This document shows, piece after piece, positions 48,000 to 57,841 of a DNA stretch of 64,000 nt. Under the pieces are notes generated by a model that saw only the letters and a program-made list of their open reading frames with translations, was not told where the DNA came from and did no database searches. Both the position numbers and the translations under genes were made by a program. Source of the stretch: Parcubacteria group bacterium. GTDB taxonomy: Bacteria > Patescibacteriota > Patescibacteriia > Buchananbacterales > UBA6539. How positions within the stretch are numbered: the first letter of the stretch is position 1; each line of letters opens with the position of its first letter. The stretch spans positions 14,629 through 78,628 of the forward strand of contig NYZP01000019.1 of NCBI GenBank assembly GCA_002687175.1, given 5' to 3'.

Positions 48000-49396
48000 G
48001 ATGCTTTTTGCTGTATTTTATTTAATTGATTTCTTAACAGAAAAAAATTAACTACTAAGGAAAAAAGAGCCCAATAAATTATCAGAGTGATAACACTTTT
48101 TAAAGGTGACATAAATTGCAATATAAAAATAAATAAAGCGAGGCCAGAAACTAAATTAGTGACATTAGCTGCTATCACTGTCTTCATTTTATTCATCGTT
48201 CTATATAATGAACTGTAACCAACGGCAAATCCTGCCATGATAGTACTAAGACTTAAAACATAAACTAAATTAATACTTGGAATAAATTCACGCCCATATA
48301 AAAATTTAATAAGCACTGAAGCAATCACTAAAAAACCTAAAGTTAAAATAATAAAAATTATACCAGTATAAAATGACGATTTATAAAAATTACTTTTTAA
48401 ATCTCTAGCGCTAGCAGCCTTAGCTTTAGGTAATTGAACTTGTAATAGTCTGGCAATTGGTCCTAAAAATATTTTTGGTAATGTTAAATAAGCAATCGCT
48501 ATTTTTAAATTAGCAACTTGCTCTGGTGTTCCTAAAAAACCTAAAAAAATTAAAGGTAAAATAGCAAAAGAGTTAGCAATGTTTTTATCAACTGCAATAG
48601 TAAAACCAAATTTAAAATATTTAGAAACTTTTACTTTACTAAAGTTTTTATATATTTCTACCAATGATGGGACTAATTTATTACGCCGAGAAAAATGAAA
48701 GTATACCCATAACGAAAAAAACATAAAAACTATCGTGGTCAATAAGTGACCCCAAACAATCCCCCAAAGACCCAAACCTAATAAAACAAAAATAGCCGGA
48801 ATAAGATTTAAAAATAATTTATTAATATTTTCTACTACTGTTAAGTACCTTATTTTTCTTAATACTTGAAGCATAATTACCAGTAAAGAAAAAAATGTAC
48901 GAATAATAACAGCTATTAAAATTAATCTAGCTAAGTTACCAATTTGTGGTTGATGATATAAAATATTGGTTAACCAGGGAGCTAGAATAATTGCTAAAAA
49001 ACCAACGGTTAATACAGAAATTAAACTAACTTTTAAAAAATAGGTTAGAATATCTTTTACTTCGTCTTTATTACCGTTAGCATATGCCTCAGACAACAAG
49101 GTAATAGTGGCATAGCCAATCCCCCAATCCATAAAAATACCAACTAAAGCAGTAAAAGCAAAAATCAAAGCATAATTTCCATAAACTTCAGCTCCTAAGA
49201 CACGGGCAAAGATAACCGAGGCTACCAAGGCGATAGCTGTACCAAAAAAAGATCCTACTTGTAAGGTAAATACATCTCTGACAAACTTTAAATTTCTAAA
49301 ATAATTAAATTTATTTGTTAAAACCTTAACCATAAACTTTTTTATATTTTTCAATAACCTCTGACCAATCAAATTGTCGTACCCATTTTTTACCAT
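47996..49396 (-). CDS. Wzx-like oligosaccharide flippase (polysaccharide biosynthesis protein, MOP superfamily)
   Basis: ~12 predicted TM helices. The true start may be the internal MVKVLTN (~49333), which would remove the 71-bp overlap with the upstream GT4 gene. Confidence 0.65.
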   Translation of the reverse strand: MVKNGYDNLIGQRLLKNIKKFMVKVLTNKFNYFRNLKFVRDVFTLQVGSFFGTAIALVASVIFARVLGAEVYGNYALIFAFTALVGIFMDWGIGYATITLLSEAYANGNKDEVKDILTYFLKVSLISVLTVGFLAIILAPWLTNILYHQPQIGNLARLILIAVIIRTFFSLLVIMLQVLRKIRYLTVVENINKLFLNLIPAIFVLLGLGLWGIVWGHLLTTIVFMFFSLWVYFHFSRRNKLVPSLVEIYKNFSKVKVSKYFKFGFTIAVDKNIANSFAILPLIFLGFLGTPEQVANLKIAIAYLTLPKIFLGPIARLLQVQLPKAKAASARDLKSNFYKSSFYTGIIFIILTLGFLVIASVLIKFLYGREFIPSINLVYVLSLSTIMAGFAVGYSSLYRTMNKMKTVIAANVTNLVSGLALFIFILQFMSPLKSVITLIIYWALFSLVVNFFLLRNQLNKIQQKAS

Positions 49397-50444
49397 TGAC
49401 TCCTAATTCTTGTGAGAAGTCTTTATCTTTTAAAATTTTAATAATTGCTTGAGCAGTTTGGTCAATGTTCTCTTGTTCAACTAATAAACCGCTATAACCA
49501 TCTCTGATGGCATCTTCGGCACCGCAACCTTTAGTACCAATAACTGGTTTACCATAGGCGCTAGCCTCTAAATAAACTAAACCAAAACCCTCAAACTTAT
49601 TTTTACTGACAACAATTGGCGTTAACAAAAAAAGATTACATTTTTGATAGAAATCTTTTAGCTCATTATCAGATAAATTTTGTAAAAATATAACAGTTTG
49701 TTCTAATCCATGTTTAGCGGTTAATTCCTCAAGTTGATTAAAATAGTCAGCGTCTGGTTTACTGGCAACAATAAAATATTTAACGTCGGGAATTTCTTTT
49801 TTAACCTTGGCCATAGCGGCAATAGTAACATGATAACCTTTACGATGTTTCAAGTTACCGACACTTAGGACAATCGGAAAATCTTCTTGACCATGACGAT
49901 CAACTAACTGGCCTTGACTGGTAAATTCATCCAAGTTAATTCCATTACTAATGACTTCTAAATTATTGAGTTCTATCCTTTTGGTAATTTGTTGCTTAGT
50001 AAAATTACTAACACATATAACTTTGTAAGCCACTTTAAAGGATTTTATTAACAGACCACGAGAACGTTTATTGTCCAACGGGGCAACACCGTAAGTACCG
50101 TGAACGGTAATAAATCTTTTTTTAAATTTAGCTGGAATGAAACTAAAAAAAGTACAGTAAGGATAATCAGAAAAAAAATGAACTAAATCTGCTTTTAAAA
50201 AATAAGGTAAAATTTTAAGTGTTTGCCGTAGATAAATCAACGGCTTTGTTAATTTTTCTATTGCCGGTAAATCGTAAATTTTCAACTTCAAACCGTCTAA
50301 ATCATGTTCGTCAGACCTTGGTCTTTCCGAAGTAAAAACAGTGATTTGAAAATCACTACTTAACTGCTTCAGCATTTCCACAGAGTATCTCCCCTGCCCT
50401 TCAGTCACCGATAACGACCTGGTTAAAACTAACAATTGTTTCAT
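49326..50444 (-). CDS. GT4 family glycosyltransferase
   Basis: EX7E block GFGLVYLEASAYGKPVIGTKGCGAEDAI. Confidence 0.8.
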   Translation of the reverse strand: MKQLLVLTRSLSVTEGQGRYSVEMLKQLSSDFQITVFTSERPRSDEHDLDGLKLKIYDLPAIEKLTKPLIYLRQTLKILPYFLKADLVHFFSDYPYCTFFSFIPAKFKKRFITVHGTYGVAPLDNKRSRGLLIKSFKVAYKVICVSNFTKQQITKRIELNNLEVISNGINLDEFTSQGQLVDRHGQEDFPIVLSVGNLKHRKGYHVTIAAMAKVKKEIPDVKYFIVASKPDADYFNQLEELTAKHGLEQTVIFLQNLSDNELKDFYQKCNLFLLTPIVVSKNKFEGFGLVYLEASAYGKPVIGTKGCGAEDAIRDGYSGLLVEQENIDQTAQAIIKILKDKDFSQELGVNGKKWVRQFDWSEVIEKYKKVYG

Positions 50445-51814
50445 AATGCTGAGCGGACAAATTTTACTAGCCGAGTATAAAATTCCGGCTTTAGGAAATA
50501 AAAATTACCAAAATTGTATTTATATTTATAGTGCCAACGGTAAATTCTGGCTAACCACGGTGGCTGAGCTACGCCAACACGGCCGGCATATTTTTCTAAA
50601 TTTTCCCAGTCAAAATCTTTACCTTCTTGTTTTTTTAACATCTGATACATTTCCGTTCCAAAATAAGGGATTGGTAAGTTAGGAGCACACATCGTTTTTA
50701 TTTTATTATCAGCTAAAAATTTTTCGGTTTCAGCAATCGTCTGCCTGGTTTCACCAGGAAGATTCAAAATTGAATAGGCACCAATATTAATGTTGTGCTT
50801 TTTACAAATATCAATTGAATTTTGGGTCTCAGACATCTTAACCTGTTTTTTGGCCATGTCTAAAACTTTTTGAGAGCCACTTTCAAAACCAATGTTAATT
50901 CGGACACAGCCAGCTTTTTTCATTTTAGCTACTCGTTCATCTGTTAAATCAGAAACCCTGGCATTGGCGCCCCATTTAATATCTAAACCGGCTTCAATAA
51001 TTAAATCGCAGATCTTTTCTACTCGTGAATGAATTATCAAAAACTCCCAGTCCTGAAAATATATTCCCTTGATCCCATAATTTTCTGCCAAGTACTTCAT
51101 CTCTGCTACTACACTTTCCGGACTGCGAACAATGTAAAGTTTATCCATCATCTTTTTTAAACAATAAGTACAGTTAAATGGACAACCACGGGAAGTGATC
51201 ATCAAAGAAAATGGTTTAGGAATATCAGGGAAAGAATAGCTGTACTTGTCCATTGGTAATAAATCAAAAGCCGGGTAAGGCATCTCATCTAAACTTTTAT
51301 TCCGTCTGGCATCAGGGTTATTAGTGATCTGGCCGTCTTTAACATAAGAGATGCCGGCGACGTTTGAAGTATCTCCACCAGCAACCAAGGTATTTACTAA
51401 ATCTACGGTGGTTAGTTCTGGTTCGCCACGAATGACATAATCAACTTTGGCTCTTTCTAAAATCCATTCCGGTTTCACCGTACCATGTGAACCAAGTAAT
51501 ATAGTATGCTTGATTTCTACACTATTGATAGTATTTACCAAATTATCAATCAATAACTTAATGTGGGCATGCGATGGTACCTCCCAACGGTCCATGGGAG
51601 TTGAGGTTAAAATAAGCATGTCCGGTTTAAACTTTCTAATTTTTTCAATAGTACTGGCAAAATCTAACTTAAGAACGTTAGCATCCAAGAGTCTAATTTC
51701 ATGCTTATCACGAAGCAAACTGGCAATGTAAGCCAAGCCTAGCGGCTGACGTCGACGTGACAGCGTTTTAAGTTTTCCCGTAAAAAGAAATGGATTAAGA
51801 ATAAATATCTTCAT
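50441..51814 (-). CDS. B12-binding domain radical SAM enzyme, paralog 5
   Basis: B12-binding N-terminal region, then CPFNCTYC. 457 aa. Confidence 0.75.
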   Translation of the reverse strand: MKIFILNPFLFTGKLKTLSRRRQPLGLAYIASLLRDKHEIRLLDANVLKLDFASTIEKIRKFKPDMLILTSTPMDRWEVPSHAHIKLLIDNLVNTINSVEIKHTILLGSHGTVKPEWILERAKVDYVIRGEPELTTVDLVNTLVAGGDTSNVAGISYVKDGQITNNPDARRNKSLDEMPYPAFDLLPMDKYSYSFPDIPKPFSLMITSRGCPFNCTYCLKKMMDKLYIVRSPESVVAEMKYLAENYGIKGIYFQDWEFLIIHSRVEKICDLIIEAGLDIKWGANARVSDLTDERVAKMKKAGCVRINIGFESGSQKVLDMAKKQVKMSETQNSIDICKKHNINIGAYSILNLPGETRQTIAETEKFLADNKIKTMCAPNLPIPYFGTEMYQMLKKQEGKDFDWENLEKYAGRVGVAQPPWLARIYRWHYKYKYNFGNFYFLKPEFYTRLVKFVRSAL

Positions 51815-51828
51815 ATATCTAATATAAA

Positions 51829-52413
51829 TTATTTGATCATATAAGCATTATACCCCGACGTTTGGTTTTTAGAAGGTAGTAAATTATCTAAAATTCTGGC
51901 TATTGGCCGACAAAACCGACGGATTGGACTAACCGGGAATAGATTAACAATGGTCTCAAAAATACCTCTAACTTTAAAAATTTCAATTTTAGAAAAATCC
52001 CTAAACATATACTTAACACCATCGGCAGTAAAGCGATAAAAATCGCCATAATAGCCCTTTTCCGCATGATAAGGGTATAAAAATGGTACTGATACCAAAC
52101 ACTTGCCACCGGGCTTTAAAACACGGTGCATTTCAGCCACTGCTTTAAAAGGATCATCAATATGTTCCAGAACCGCCCGACAAATTAAAGCATCAAGGCT
52201 AGCATCAGCTAAAGGAATATTCTTGATATCCCCGATAATATCTGGTTTATAGTCAGGTACATTATCTAAAGTTTTGTAATCAGCTTGACTAAACAAGGCC
52301 TCATATTCCTTCATTCCTTTTTGAAATCTGTTGCCACCTCCAACATCCAAAACAGATTTGGAAGTTTTGGCAATTTCAGATATTTTTTCATCCCAAAATA
52401 TTTTCCACTTCAT
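51829..52413 (-). CDS. class I SAM-dependent methyltransferase
   Basis: Motif I VLDVGGGNRF and the LDALICRAVLEH block. 194 aa. Confidence 0.65.
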   Translation of the reverse strand: MKWKIFWDEKISEIAKTSKSVLDVGGGNRFQKGMKEYEALFSQADYKTLDNVPDYKPDIIGDIKNIPLADASLDALICRAVLEHIDDPFKAVAEMHRVLKPGGKCLVSVPFLYPYHAEKGYYGDFYRFTADGVKYMFRDFSKIEIFKVRGIFETIVNLFPVSPIRRFCRPIARILDNLLPSKNQTSGYNAYMIK

Positions 52414-52461
52414 ATAATTATGACGTTATTTATCACTATTAGTTTCAGAAGGTATACTCGT

Positions 52462-53616
52462 TTAGGAAATAAAATTTAACACCTTTTTAGCTCTTTTATC
52501 CCAGGTGTAATCCTGAACCGTAGTATAGGCATTCTGGGAAACCTTCTCTGCTAGCTCTTCGTTGGATAAAATATTTTTAATACCATCTGCTAGGGCTGAG
52601 GAATCATCTGGTGCAACTAGCACTGCATTGTCTGAATTTAAAACTTCTTTGATCGACGGAATGTCCGAAGCAACAATCGGTTTGTTAGCGGCCATATATT
52701 CAAACATCTTCATTGGTGAAGTGTAATGTTCAGAAATTTTATTCTTGCCTGAGTTAGGTAATACTAGGATATCGGCGGCTTTAAGGTAAACTGGAATATC
52801 CTTTGGCGGTTTATAACCAACGATTAAAATATTTCTTAAATTTTTTTCTGAAATAAATTTATTTAATTTTTTTTGATCATGTTCCATGCCGCCAACTATA
52901 ACTATTAAATCATTATCGGCTAAATAACTGGATGATTCAACCAATCGGTTTACTCCCTTCCAACCAAATAAATGCCCCGTGTATAAAATAATATTTTTAT
53001 CAAGCGGTAAACCTAATTGGTCGCGACACTCTTTTCTAGTTTTGGAAATTACAAATTGTTTTAGGTCTACAGCATCGGCCGATACCACAATTTTATCTTG
53101 ACTTACCCCCAATTGATTCTCTAGTAAACCCTGAAGACCTTTAGTGATAACAACTATTTTTTTTACTCTGCGAAAAAGAAATTTGAATAAAATCATTTTG
53201 TATAATTTTTTGCTTTCAGTAAAAGTATGAAGTTCAAAAACCAAATTTTTTTTAAAAAAACTTAATAAGAACAAAGAAAATTCATCTCGAGAATAAATAA
53301 TATCTGCTTTACTAAACAGTAAGCTAAAAAATGCTGAGATGGCAAACGAAGTATTTTGCAATGGTACGCTTAAGCCTTTAATTGAGAGACCAAGGTCAAC
53401 TAAATCTATTAGCGGTAATTTTTTAATTTTGAATCTTTTTTTAAGACCGTAATAATTAAAAGGATCTTCATGCTCCAGTTGATTATTAGCCCGCTTAGCC
53501 ACCACCAATTCTACGTCAACTCCCTGACCTTGAAAAGCTTCTACCATCTTCATTATCTGAAGACCGTGAGCTTTTTCAGTTGGAATTCTAGCATTTTCTA
53601 AATAGATCATTTTCAT
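52462..53616 (-). CDS. GT4 family glycosyltransferase
   Basis: GT-B layout with a C-terminal EX7E-type block EHYTSPMKMFEYMAANKPIVASDIPSIKEV. Confidence 0.75.
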   Translation of the reverse strand: MKMIYLENARIPTEKAHGLQIMKMVEAFQGQGVDVELVVAKRANNQLEHEDPFNYYGLKKRFKIKKLPLIDLVDLGLSIKGLSVPLQNTSFAISAFFSLLFSKADIIYSRDEFSLFLLSFFKKNLVFELHTFTESKKLYKMILFKFLFRRVKKIVVITKGLQGLLENQLGVSQDKIVVSADAVDLKQFVISKTRKECRDQLGLPLDKNIILYTGHLFGWKGVNRLVESSSYLADNDLIVIVGGMEHDQKKLNKFISEKNLRNILIVGYKPPKDIPVYLKAADILVLPNSGKNKISEHYTSPMKMFEYMAANKPIVASDIPSIKEVLNSDNAVLVAPDDSSALADGIKNILSNEELAEKVSQNAYTTVQDYTWDKRAKKVLNFIS

Positions 53617-53623
53617 AATAAAA

Positions 53624-54724
53624 CTAGTTTCCTGGAATCTGTTTTAAACTATTAGCTACGTACTCTTGCTCTTCTTTAGTAATTCCCAAAAATAGTGGCA
53701 AAGACAGTACTTGTTCAGAAACTTTATCGGTTATTGGACAGGGGTCACCCGATTCTTTATAAAAGGGCTGATCATAAACCGGTACCGGATAATGGACTGC
53801 TGTTTGGATTCCTAGCTCTAACAAGTCTTGTCTAACTTTATCTCTATCCCCTTCTAAGATTCTAATTATATATAAATGATAAATACCAGAGCCCTTATCA
53901 AGCTCTTTAATTAATTTAATTTTATTATTAGATATTAGATCATTATAAATTTTAGCAGACTTAATTCTAGCGTCATTATTATCTTCTAGAAATGGCAACT
54001 TTAAATTTAAACAAATGGCTTGGATTGGATCAAGGCGCATGTTATAACCTAACTGCTCATGTTGATTATTTTTGTTCTTACCTAAATTCCTAATAACATT
54101 AATTTTATTTTTTATTTCTTCATTGTTAGTGACTACTGCTCCCCCATCACCAAAAGCCCCTAAATTTTTAGTCGGATAAAAACTGAAGGTTGCAACATCA
54201 CCCCAATTACCAACGTATTTATCTTTAAACTTTGTCAGATGGGCTTGAGCACAATCTTCAATAACATATAAATTATGCTTTTTAGCAATCTCTACAACTG
54301 TTTCAATGTCACAAGATTGACCATATTGATGTACTGGTAATATTGCTTTGGTTTTGTCAGTGATAATATCCTCAAGTTTCGTAACATCAAGTGTTAAGCT
54401 GTCTTCATTAATATCGCAAAATCGTGGCACAGCTCCCACTCTTAGAATTGCGGTAACCGTGGCATTATAAGCATTCCCCTGAGTTATTACTTCATCACCA
54501 GCTTTAATATCTAGGGCTCGTAAAGCTAAATACAAAGCATCAGCACCGCTACTGGTGCCGATACAAAATTTAGTACCAACGGCTTTGGCCCAGCTATGTT
54601 CAAACTTTTCTACCTCTTCAGTTAAAATAAAACGACCCTGATCTAAAAATTGATCAACTGACTTTAAATAGTCTTCTTTGATTTGTTGAGTATTTTTAGT
54701 TAAATCGTTAAATGGTACATTCAT
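53624..54724 (-). CDS. DegT/DnrJ/EryC1/StrS-family PLP-dependent sugar aminotransferase (second copy)
   Basis: GTKFCIGTSSGADALYLALRAL, and SFYPTKNLGAFGDGGAV with the PLP-binding Lys. Confidence 0.8.
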   Translation of the reverse strand: MNVPFNDLTKNTQQIKEDYLKSVDQFLDQGRFILTEEVEKFEHSWAKAVGTKFCIGTSSGADALYLALRALDIKAGDEVITQGNAYNATVTAILRVGAVPRFCDINEDSLTLDVTKLEDIITDKTKAILPVHQYGQSCDIETVVEIAKKHNLYVIEDCAQAHLTKFKDKYVGNWGDVATFSFYPTKNLGAFGDGGAVVTNNEEIKNKINVIRNLGKNKNNQHEQLGYNMRLDPIQAICLNLKLPFLEDNNDARIKSAKIYNDLISNNKIKLIKELDKGSGIYHLYIIRILEGDRDKVRQDLLELGIQTAVHYPVPVYDQPFYKESGDPCPITDKVSEQVLSLPLFLGITKEEQEYVANSLKQIPGN

Positions 54725-54811
54725 AGTTGTTGACTGATTGATTCATCTCTGTCAAAATGTGAAATAGATATAAATTGGATTAATAATTAATTTGTTATTT
54801 AAGATAATACT

Positions 54812-55303
54812 ATGATTGATGGTGTAAAAGTAAAAAATTTAGTTATTCGCCAGGACATGCCCGACAAGGGAGAAAAAGGTGATGCTCCCAGTGGTGAAAA
54901 ACGCGGTATCTTATTAGAAGTTCTTCGAAAAGATGAAGGACTGTTATCTAAATTTGGTCAAACCGTTTTTACCATTTCTTATAAAAATACGATTAAGGCA
55001 TTTCATTGGCATCGAAAACAAGATGATCTGTGGTTTGTCGCCAGTGGTAAAGCCAAAATTGTTTTATATGATCAGCGTAAGGACTCGCCAACTCATGGTG
55101 AAACTCAGGTTCTTTACGCCGGTACTGATGACTACAAACTTATTTTGATTCCAGTTGGTGTGGCCCATGGTTATAAAGTAATCGGTGATGAACCGGTTCT
55201 GCTGTTTTATCACGTGACTGAAACTTACGTTGATTGGGAACCAGACGAAAAGCGTATTCCCTTCGATGACCCAACTATCAACTTTAACTGGGACGAAGAC
55301 TAG
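54812..55303 (+). CDS. RmlC-family cupin (dTDP-4-dehydrorhamnose 3,5-epimerase or 3,4-ketoisomerase-like)
   Basis: FHWHRKQDDLWFVASGKAKIVLYDQR...LIPVGVAHGYKVIGDE...YHVTETY matches the RmlC blocks (H-x-H/Q, WIPxGFAHGF, YK-T-Y). Confidence 0.65.
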   Translation: MIDGVKVKNLVIRQDMPDKGEKGDAPSGEKRGILLEVLRKDEGLLSKFGQTVFTISYKNTIKAFHWHRKQDDLWFVASGKAKIVLYDQRKDSPTHGETQVLYAGTDDYKLILIPVGVAHGYKVIGDEPVLLFYHVTETYVDWEPDEKRIPFDDPTINFNWDED

Positions 55304-55310
55304 TGGCTAT

Positions 55311-56027
55311 CTAATGCTTAAATAATTTAGTCTCGTCGTCAATCTCTAAAAATTTCTTCATCTTACTAATATCTAAACTGGTGTCTTGGGGCACCCACTC
55401 AGGACGAGGAATGGTTTCAATATCAGACCTCGTTCTTTTGGCATAATCTTCTAAGCTATTTCGCGGCCCACCCAAATTCATTACTCCGGTCGCTTCTGAT
55501 TTAGCTGCTTGAACAATCAATGGTGCCATCTCGTCAACATAAAGCTTGGAATTAAATTGGTCTTCATAAACTTTTTCCCAGGGAAATGGTATTGGACCAA
55601 AACTTAACCGAAGAATCAAATGGTTATCAATCATTCGAACAGCACACTCACCACCAACTTTTGACCAACCAAATTTATAAGGTGTTAAAATAGCTTCATC
55701 TTCTTTATGTGGTCCTGGTCCAGTATATAAATAATCAGTTGAAGTATAAACTAATTTGGCGCCAATCTGATGACAACCTAAAACTATATTAGCCGTACCT
55801 TTAATATTAATTTCTAATCCTGGCTCAGGATTTTTTTCATGTTCTGGTGGTTGAGTAAAAGCCGCTAAATGAATAACCACATCTGGTTTTTCTTTTTGTA
55901 AAACCTCGATCACCTGATCCTTGTTGGTAATGTCTAATTCGGCAACATCAGTAGCAATAATTTCTGGATCAACTTTTTGTATTTCACTACCCATTAAGCC
56001 GGCGCTGCCAGTCATTAAAATTTTCAT
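55311..56027 (-). CDS. short NAD(P)-dependent epimerase/reductase (SDR fold)
   Basis: MKILMTGSAGLMGSEI Rossmann motif, and YTSTDYLYTG. 238 aa. Confidence 0.55.
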   Translation of the reverse strand: MKILMTGSAGLMGSEIQKVDPEIIATDVAELDITNKDQVIEVLQKEKPDVVIHLAAFTQPPEHEKNPEPGLEINIKGTANIVLGCHQIGAKLVYTSTDYLYTGPGPHKEDEAILTPYKFGWSKVGGECAVRMIDNHLILRLSFGPIPFPWEKVYEDQFNSKLYVDEMAPLIVQAAKSEATGVMNLGGPRNSLEDYAKRTRSDIETIPRPEWVPQDTSLDISKMKKFLEIDDETKLFKH

Positions 56028-56665
56028 ACGTTTAATTGTTTAAGATAATCTAAACCTTCTTTAAAAGACGCCATAGCATAATTAGCGTCGCCACTGTTGG
56101 CTAACTGGCGATAATTTAATATTCTAGCAAACTCGGCTGATAATCTTCCTAAACGAGTAGTCACTTCTGGCGGACTGGCTAAAGCTTTTATTTCAATTTC
56201 TTCCATCCAGTTACAATTATTCAAAGTCTTGGGATAAAGTTTTGTGTTAACTTGATTTTTTTTGAAAGTTGCTAAATTTGTCAAAAATGCTCTAATAATA
56301 TGTTGTGGCGTAGAAATTATAATTGCTGAATCAATATTATTTTCTTTAGCAAATTGCATAAAACCTTTGGCTTCAGCATAAGTATGATCAGCCTCGCCAA
56401 TGGAGTGAATCACATCTTGCGGAATAGAAAATTTGTTTTCTAGCTGTTCTTTCCAATATTCAAAACCTTTTAAACCAACTTCGTATTCGTCGTGGCCATT
56501 GAGCACAATCATCTTAGCTCCTGAATCTTCATAATGAAGAGCCACTAATTTAATCATGTCATCCTTTAAATCATCCCAGCCATGGACAAAAATTGCTTCA
56601 GCTTTAACCTGATCTTGATTAAAAATTTTGTTAGTTAGCTCTAACCAGTCTTGTTGGTTTTCCAT
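56024..56665 (-). CDS. DUF218/YdcF-like domain protein
   Basis: IFVHGWDD...IVLNGHDEYE...ISTPQHIIRAF resembles the ElyC/SanA/YdcF fold. Low-confidence family call. Confidence 0.35.
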   Translation of the reverse strand: MENQQDWLELTNKIFNQDQVKAEAIFVHGWDDLKDDMIKLVALHYEDSGAKMIVLNGHDEYEVGLKGFEYWKEQLENKFSIPQDVIHSIGEADHTYAEAKGFMQFAKENNIDSAIIISTPQHIIRAFLTNLATFKKNQVNTKLYPKTLNNCNWMEEIEIKALASPPEVTTRLGRLSAEFARILNYRQLANSGDANYAMASFKEGLDYLKQLNV

Positions 56666-56668
56666 AAA

Positions 56669-57841
56669 TTATTCAATGATTCGTGGCTGCGGGACATGAG
56701 TAATCCATTTACCGCCACCTTGGCGAAACCAAGCTTGGTACTTATCAATTTCTGGTAAATGATTCCAAGCAAACAAGAAAGAATAATCAACATTTTTAAA
56801 TTCTTCTTGGGGCACAATTGGAATATGTACTCCTGGATAAAATTTACCTTGCTTGATTGGCGTATTGTCAGTAATAAATGGAATTAAATCAGGACCAATG
56901 TCACAGTAATTACAAATAATTACTCCCTTTGAAGTTGCGCCAAAACCACAAATCTTTTTATTTTCTTTTTTAACTTTATTCAAAATGTTTACTAACTCAA
57001 CCTTAGACTTTTTAATATTGCTGTTTAACTCCTCCATTTTTCGGTCTAGATCTTTTTCTTTATTCAACCATTTATCAACTTCTGGTTTCTTAGGAAAATT
57101 ATCTTTGTGACCAACGTACATTCTAAGTTCACCACCATGAACATCAATATGCTCACAGTCAAAAACATGATAACCTAGTGGCTCTAAGACATTATTGATA
57201 AACGAAATGGTAAAATACCAAACATGCTCATCATAGACTTGGTCATAAGAAGTTTTTTCATAGATATCCATAAAGTAAGGATCTTCAAATACCCAAACAC
57301 CTTCTTTGCCAATTAGTTTAGTCACATTTTTTACATAACTTAAAAAATCTTCTATATGACAAGAAACATTGGCACCAAAAACTAAACTAACCTTACCTTT
57401 GCTTAATATATCTTCGACGACTTTATCGTTCATGAAACTATTAATTACATGATGACCTTTAGACCGAGAAACTTCAGCCACATTTTTTGATGGTTCAACC
57501 CCAACTGCGGCCACACCTAATCTTTTCCAAGCTTTAAGCATAATGCCATCATTAGAACCAACTTCCACCACAATTCCCTCTTTAGCATAGGGCGCTAATT
57601 TTTGAGCAGTCTCAGCAAAATGCAATGCCATCCCTTGAGAAGTTGAAGAGAAGAAAGCATAATTTTCGTGAAACATTTTTTCTGGCGGTACTTTATTAAT
57701 TAAGCCAATCGCTTTTGTGTTAGCATCATAACCAAGCACCATGTCATAAAAAAACTCATCTTTAAATTGATCCTCAGTTAAAAAAGCATTAGCAATGGGC
57801 ATTTTGCCAAAATCAATTAGTGGTTGTAATTTTATATCCAT
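56669..57841 (-). CDS. SAM-dependent sugar C-methyltransferase-like protein (TylCIII-like architecture)
   Basis: Motif I VVEVGSNDGIMLKAW. The ~390 aa length and the C-terminal extension resemble NDP-hexose C-methyltransferases. Confidence 0.5.
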   Translation of the reverse strand: MDIKLQPLIDFGKMPIANAFLTEDQFKDEFFYDMVLGYDANTKAIGLINKVPPEKMFHENYAFFSSTSQGMALHFAETAQKLAPYAKEGIVVEVGSNDGIMLKAWKRLGVAAVGVEPSKNVAEVSRSKGHHVINSFMNDKVVEDILSKGKVSLVFGANVSCHIEDFLSYVKNVTKLIGKEGVWVFEDPYFMDIYEKTSYDQVYDEHVWYFTISFINNVLEPLGYHVFDCEHIDVHGGELRMYVGHKDNFPKKPEVDKWLNKEKDLDRKMEELNSNIKKSKVELVNILNKVKKENKKICGFGATSKGVIICNYCDIGPDLIPFITDNTPIKQGKFYPGVHIPIVPQEEFKNVDYSFLFAWNHLPEIDKYQAWFRQGGGKWITHVPQPRIIE

